A stretch of 64,000 bases of DNA from IMG/VR virus record IMGVR_UViG_3300049141_000098, positions 128,001 through 192,000 of that record; one strand, given 5' to 3'. Shown here piece by piece: positions 60,295-64,000 of this stretch. How positions within the stretch are numbered: the first letter of the stretch is position 1; each line of letters starts with the position of its first letter. The notes beneath the pieces were generated by a model. That model was not told the origin of the DNA. It ran no database searches and saw nothing but the letters and a program-made list of their open reading frames with translations. The stretch is from a virus. Its lineage: Duplodnaviria > Caudoviricetes. The position numbers and the translations under genes are program-made.

Positions 60295-60629
60295 GTCTGC
60301 GAGCCCTCCCGGATCACGTCGGCGATGAAGTCGCCCAGCTCCGCCTTGTCCTGCGGCAGCTCGCCGTCCGGCGACAGCTTCTTCAGCAGCTCCACGACCA
60401 GGTGCGCAGCCTGATCCCGTCGCAGCGCCACGGCCTGACCAGATCTCCCGTAGGGGCCGGGGTAAGGGAATGAGAACTTCCCGTGTCCGCACAGACCATC
60501 CAGGACGATGTCGAACTCCTCCACCAGCCGAGCAGCCCGCTCGTTGTGCTTGCTGCGCAGGGTCTCGGCGTACTCGGCTGCCGTGGCAACCTGCACACGC
60601 CCCTCTCTCATTCCTTCACTGGTCAGCAC
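60291..60629 (-). CDS. Hypothetical protein
   Basis: RBS GAGAGGGGAAGAG. Confidence 0.6.
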   Translation of the reverse strand: MLTSEGMREGRVQVATAAEYAETLRSKHNERAARLVEEFDIVLDGLCGHGKFSFPYPGPYGRSGQAVALRRDQAAHLVVELLKKLSPDGELPQDKAELGDFIADVIREGSQT

Positions 60630-60654
60630 TCTCTTCCCCTCTCCGTAAGGATTC

Positions 60655-61206
60655 TCAGTCGGTCCCGAACACCTCAGGGCGCTCAACTTTCCACTGGATC
60701 CAGACCTTGTCCGGATGCTCGGTGCCGACGTGATGCACCAGATCCATCACCTGGTCCAGACGCAGCGGACCGGGCGCCTTGGCGTACTCGTACGGAGTGC
60801 CTCGACTGGAGGGCGGACCAGGGACGAAGGTGTGGCCAGACGTCCAGGATGACTTGCCGTAACCCCAGTCGCCAGGCCCGAACTTGATGAACACCGTGGC
60901 GCTGTTGCAATCGACGTCCAGCGGCCTGGCATCCAGTTTGGTCATGTCGTATCCGTGCACGGTCTGCCAGTAGTGCCTGTGATAGGCGATGAACGAGACC
61001 AGTTGCTGCACCTCGTGATCGGTGGGTCGTTCCGCAGAGGCGAACGGCCATGGCGGATCCCATTGCTCGCCGGTGTCGGCGAGGGTTCCGAGAAAGGCGC
61101 CCGTGTAGTGCCACGTGGGCCTGAAAGATGTCACCACCGGGATGCGCAGGGCGGTGAGGGGGTCGTGTTCGAGAGCGTCCGTCCCGAATGGCCAGTTGCT
61201 CGTCAT
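60655..61206 (-). CDS. Hypothetical Trp/Pro-rich protein
   Basis: RBS GGAAAGGGAGAAGG. Confidence 0.75.
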   Translation of the reverse strand: MTSNWPFGTDALEHDPLTALRIPVVTSFRPTWHYTGAFLGTLADTGEQWDPPWPFASAERPTDHEVQQLVSFIAYHRHYWQTVHGYDMTKLDARPLDVDCNSATVFIKFGPGDWGYGKSSWTSGHTFVPGPPSSRGTPYEYAKAPGPLRLDQVMDLVHHVGTEHPDKVWIQWKVERPEVFGTD

Positions 61207-61221
61207 CCTTCTCCCTTTCCG

Positions 61222-61566
61222 TCAGACCTTCGGACCGGCGAAGATCGAGAGCCCCTGTGGCGTTCCGCCTGCACCGCAGATGCCGCAGAACCCGCCGCGA
61301 TGCGCATGCGGAATCAGCTCCGGAGCCTTCTCCAGAAACTCCTCCCGAACCCATCGGAGCGGGTGGTCACCCATCTTGAACAGCTCGTAGGCGGCCGAGT
61401 ACACCCCGTCGATGCCGACCAGGTCGTAACCCCGGACGTACCCTTCCAGGAACGGGAGCCTGGAACCCGCTTCCGGATTCGACGACGTGTCAATCCGCAC
61501 GTAGTCGCCGTCCTGGTACTTCAGCGGATTGCCGTTCGGGTCCCGCCAGACCTCACGCTCACTCAC
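61222..61566 (-). CDS. SH3-like hypothetical protein
   Basis: LKYQDGDYVRI pattern. Confidence 0.65.
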   Translation of the reverse strand: MSEREVWRDPNGNPLKYQDGDYVRIDTSSNPEAGSRLPFLEGYVRGYDLVGIDGVYSAAYELFKMGDHPLRWVREEFLEKAPELIPHAHRGGFCGICGAGGTPQGLSIFAGPKV

Positions 61567-61672
61567 TCGTCCCCGCCTCCGCTTGGTGATCCCTGCGATT
61601 CCGTTGTGGACACTCCTGACCCTTGATCAGGAGCTTCTTGCAGTACCGGCATCGCTCGAAGTACTTGCTCAC
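61559..61672 (-). CDS. 37-aa Zn-ribbon peptide
   Basis: MSKYFERCRYCKKLLIKGQECPQ... Confidence 0.5.
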   Translation of the reverse strand: MSKYFERCRYCKKLLIKGQECPQRNRRDHQAEAGTSE

Positions 61673-61685
61673 CGACTCACCCCGT

Positions 61686-62105
61686 TCAGATCTGCCGTGT
61701 GTGCGCCGAGTTGGCGGGCAGACAAGCCGGAGTGTTCCGGTCCCACGTGAAGCATCCGTCGCAGTACGCGTCTTCGGCATCGGCGTAAGCGTGGTCATCC
61801 GGCAGTACGAGACGACCACATCCGCCCTCGCAGGGGCAGATATGAGGGGCGTTTTCCACTGCGTCGACGCGGAAATGCAGCCCCGTCCCCGTTTCCACCG
61901 ACTCTTTGCCGAGGCCCTTGCTCATGACCTGCTCGGCGTATCGGTTGGCGACCTCCGGGTGCATCCACCCATCACGGTTCCGCAGTGCCCAGTACGCGAG
62001 CGTGAACAGCCTCCCCCTGGGGAGCGGTTCGGACACCGTGGCCTTGCCGTACTTCGCCTCCCCCTCGGGGGGCTGAATGATAGACAGGACGAAACCCGCT
62101 CCCAT
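61686..62105 (-). CDS. Hypothetical Cys-containing protein
   Basis: RBS GGGAAGGGAGAAGG. Confidence 0.65.
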   Translation of the reverse strand: MGAGFVLSIIQPPEGEAKYGKATVSEPLPRGRLFTLAYWALRNRDGWMHPEVANRYAEQVMSKGLGKESVETGTGLHFRVDAVENAPHICPCEGGCGRLVLPDDHAYADAEDAYCDGCFTWDRNTPACLPANSAHTRQI

Positions 62106-62120
62106 CGCCTTCTCCCTTCC

Positions 62121-62462
62121 CTACTGGTCCTTGATGCCGTTCAGTGCGGCGCGAGCGACGGCGGGGGGAATGTGCGCCCCCACCAGAGCGCCGTACGCCC
62201 ACAGCCACGGGTCCTGATTGACGTCGAGCACGCCGTCCATCACTCGCTGCTCCAGGTAGAAGTAGTTGAGATCGCCATACGTCCCGAGGCCCCCAGCCTC
62301 GAAGAATCCGTCCAGCAGCGTCTCCGCGTACTCCCGGAACGACTCCGCCCCCGTCTTCCAGTCGGCGGCGACCAGCTCCCGGGCCTTGTCCATGAATCCG
62401 GGGGTCTTCGTCAGCTCATCGAAGAGCACGTCCCCGAGATACCGCTGCACCCTTCCGTTCAC
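62121..62462 (-). CDS. Hypothetical protein
   Basis: RBS GGAAAGGAGAAGAGGG. Confidence 0.7.
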   Translation of the reverse strand: MNGRVQRYLGDVLFDELTKTPGFMDKARELVAADWKTGAESFREYAETLLDGFFEAGGLGTYGDLNYFYLEQRVMDGVLDVNQDPWLWAYGALVGAHIPPAVARAALNGIKDQ

Positions 62463-62482
62463 CCTCTTCTCCTTTCCGTGAC

Positions 62483-62785
62483 CTACTTGAAAGCCTGGTA
62501 GGCGTGCCCTCGCGCGAACCGGCCGTCGGCGGGCCATCCGTCGTACTTGGCGGCCACGAACCGAGGCTCTTCGAGGTTTCGCGCCACCGCCCATTCTTCT
62601 GCGGCCTGCCTTGCCAGCCGGGCGGTGAGGCTGAGCCTCTCGGCAGGCGACAAGGCATCCGAGGGGCCTTCCACCTCAATCCAAACCGCTTCCCAGGCTC
62701 TTGTATCGTCCCGTGTCACCGTGGGCTGATCGTCCTCCAGCCTCACGGCCCAGCCTTCCGGGATCTCTACTCGATCAGATGTCAC
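62483..62785 (-). CDS. Hypothetical protein
   Basis: ORF with RBS after repeat C. Confidence 0.6.
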   Translation of the reverse strand: MTSDRVEIPEGWAVRLEDDQPTVTRDDTRAWEAVWIEVEGPSDALSPAERLSLTARLARQAAEEWAVARNLEEPRFVAAKYDGWPADGRFARGHAYQAFK

Positions 62786-62812
62786 GCTTGCTCCAGCCTC
62801 TTCTGATTGACC

Positions 62813-62870
62813 GGCGACACTCCCGGACCCCCGGCGCGTGGCCGGTGGCCCTAGGGCGCCTCCCGCTCAG
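62813..62870 (-). repeat. Structured intergenic repeat, copy C
   Basis: On -: TGAGCGGGAGGCGCCCTAGGG-[CCACCGG ccacgcg CCGGGGG]-TCCGGGAGTGTCGCC. Confidence 0.8.
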
Positions 62871-63250
62871 GAGTTGAAGATGGTCCCCCAGTATTCCTTC
62901 ATGGGGGCCGCATCCTTCAGGTCGATATGCGGCCCCTGCCGAGGCTCCGGGTCCGGACCTTCCTGGTCGTGCGTGCAGCCGACGTACTCGTCCCCATACT
63001 TCAGGCCGTGCCGAATGAACGTTCCGCACGTGGCGCAGAACTCACACGAGTCGGACTCGCCGAGGATGACGACCTCTACCGTGGTGTCGTCCCCGAGGTC
63101 CAGTTCTCCCGGGTCGTTGCTGTCGAGTCCGGCCAGCACTTTCGACGGGACGCCGATGCTCTCCAGGACGACCGTCGCACAGTGCTCGTCACCGCACAGT
63201 GCGTACGCCGTGTTGGTGTATCCAGCGTGCGTGATCAGCACCTCGTACAC
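62867..63250 (-). CDS. Acidic Cys-rich hypothetical protein
   Basis: RBS GAGAGGAGAAG. Confidence 0.7.
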   Translation of the reverse strand: MYEVLITHAGYTNTAYALCGDEHCATVVLESIGVPSKVLAGLDSNDPGELDLGDDTTVEVVILGESDSCEFCATCGTFIRHGLKYGDEYVGCTHDQEGPDPEPRQGPHIDLKDAAPMKEYWGTIFNS

Positions 63251-63272
63251 AGCTTCTCCTCTCCGGTCCCGG

Positions 63273-63719
63273 TCACCCGAACTGCGGGTGCACCAGGTAG
63301 GGCCTCATGTGCGTGGCGGCACAGTCGTCGCAGACCCGGCCGACGTACTGGGCGATCTCATTCCCGGCCCCCGGTCCCATGTGAGGATGGCCGCCCTTGC
63401 CATCGAAGTGGGACTCGTGCTCGCAGTTGCACCGCTCGTACACGAGACGCGCAACCCGGTCCCAGTCGAGGCGGTGGAAGGTGTCCCGGTCGAGGCACTC
63501 CTTCAGATCGAGCACCTTGCGGGCGTCGTGCGACGGCTCGGAGTTCAGGTTGAAGCCGCCGTAAGGCGCCCCAAACAGCAGGAACTCGACCCAGCAGGGG
63601 AAGAGATGCGTCTTGTCCCGTTCGTCGACCTCGATGATCCGACGAGCCCTGGCCAGCAAGGCCTTCTCGTCGTATAGCCAATTGACAAGATCGTCAATAA
63701 GCATTCCGTCCACCGTCAC
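63273..63719 (-). CDS. Hypothetical protein
   Basis: RBS GGAAAGGGGAG before GTG 63719. Confidence 0.65.
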   Translation of the reverse strand: MTVDGMLIDDLVNWLYDEKALLARARRIIEVDERDKTHLFPCWVEFLLFGAPYGGFNLNSEPSHDARKVLDLKECLDRDTFHRLDWDRVARLVYERCNCEHESHFDGKGGHPHMGPGAGNEIAQYVGRVCDDCAATHMRPYLVHPQFG

Positions 63720-63765
63720 CCGTTCTCCCCTTTCCATGTCACCACTCGCGACATCCGCGTGCGGC

Positions 63766-63999
63766 CTACTTGATTTCGTGGTTGACCGGGAGGATGACGG
63801 CTCCCTCGGGGTCTCCGATCTCCCGGTACTCACCATCCCCGAGCCAGGGCGTGTACCTCATGTGGACACCCTGTTTGCCGTCATACTTGGCGACTGCGCT
63901 GCACTCGCGCCTGAGCTGGGAGCCGATGTCGGCCCGCCCCCAGACGGCCGCCTCGATCTCGTGCACGACGGGGTTCTGGTGCACCATCACCCGCAGAGC
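63766..63999 (-). CDS. Hypothetical protein, 5' end possibly outside window
   Basis: Frame open to the window edge. Confidence 0.5.
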   Translation of the reverse strand, partial: ALRVMVHQNPVVHEIEAAVWGRADIGSQLRRECSAVAKYDGKQGVHMRYTPWLGDGEYREIGDPEGAVILPVNHEIK

Positions 64000-64000
64000 G

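Noticed and set aside
1-64000. CRISPR array, DGR, integrase, transposase or rRNA
   Set aside because: No regularly spaced repeat-spacer array, reverse transcriptase, recombinase or transposase motifs, or rRNA sequence seen by eye.
20155-64000. Recurrent TCCCCTTTCC / GGAAAGGGGA word as a novel repeat
   Set aside because: Always 5-12 nt upstream of start codons; explained as a Shine-Dalgarno variant pairing with the actinobacterial 16S 3' end.

Overview
High-GC (about two-thirds G+C by eye) DNA of a large actinobacterial phage, most likely infecting Streptomyces. Evidence is the dense small ORFs with GAAAGGGRA ribosome-binding sites, a tRNA cluster, and no host housekeeping genes; resemblance to the large cluster-BM-type phages is an inference. 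Genes run on + from 1 to about 20.2 kb (one exception at 17.1-17.9 kb) and almost entirely on - from 20.2 to 64 kb. Recognisable products: a Phd/YefM-domain fusion, an atypical antitoxin plus RelE/YafQ-like toxin, 7 conventional tRNAs, a cold-shock protein, dCMP deaminase, MmcB-like nuclease, DUF6582-like protein, endonuclease VII, HicB-like, ParB-like, a DarG-like macrodomain and an ArdA-like acidic protein. About 100 other ORFs are hypothetical, and many starts were chosen by eye from RBS position. The most unusual region is 0.4-6.0 kb. There a rewired toxin-antitoxin trio sits directly upstream of a tRNA operon in which normal tRNAs alternate with tRNA-shaped RNAs that keep acceptor, D and T arms but have a replaced, shrunken or distorted anticodon loop. 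One carries a 61-nt three-hairpin insert and one a 50-nt variable arm. Other unexplained signals: a 12-bp palindrome YGRCCTAGGYCR at 8 intergenic sites, a 56-58 nt structured repeat with a covarying apical hairpin (3 copies), an in-frame UGA, a perfect 34-bp palindrome and tandem paralog arrays. All family assignments come from motif recognition, not database searches.
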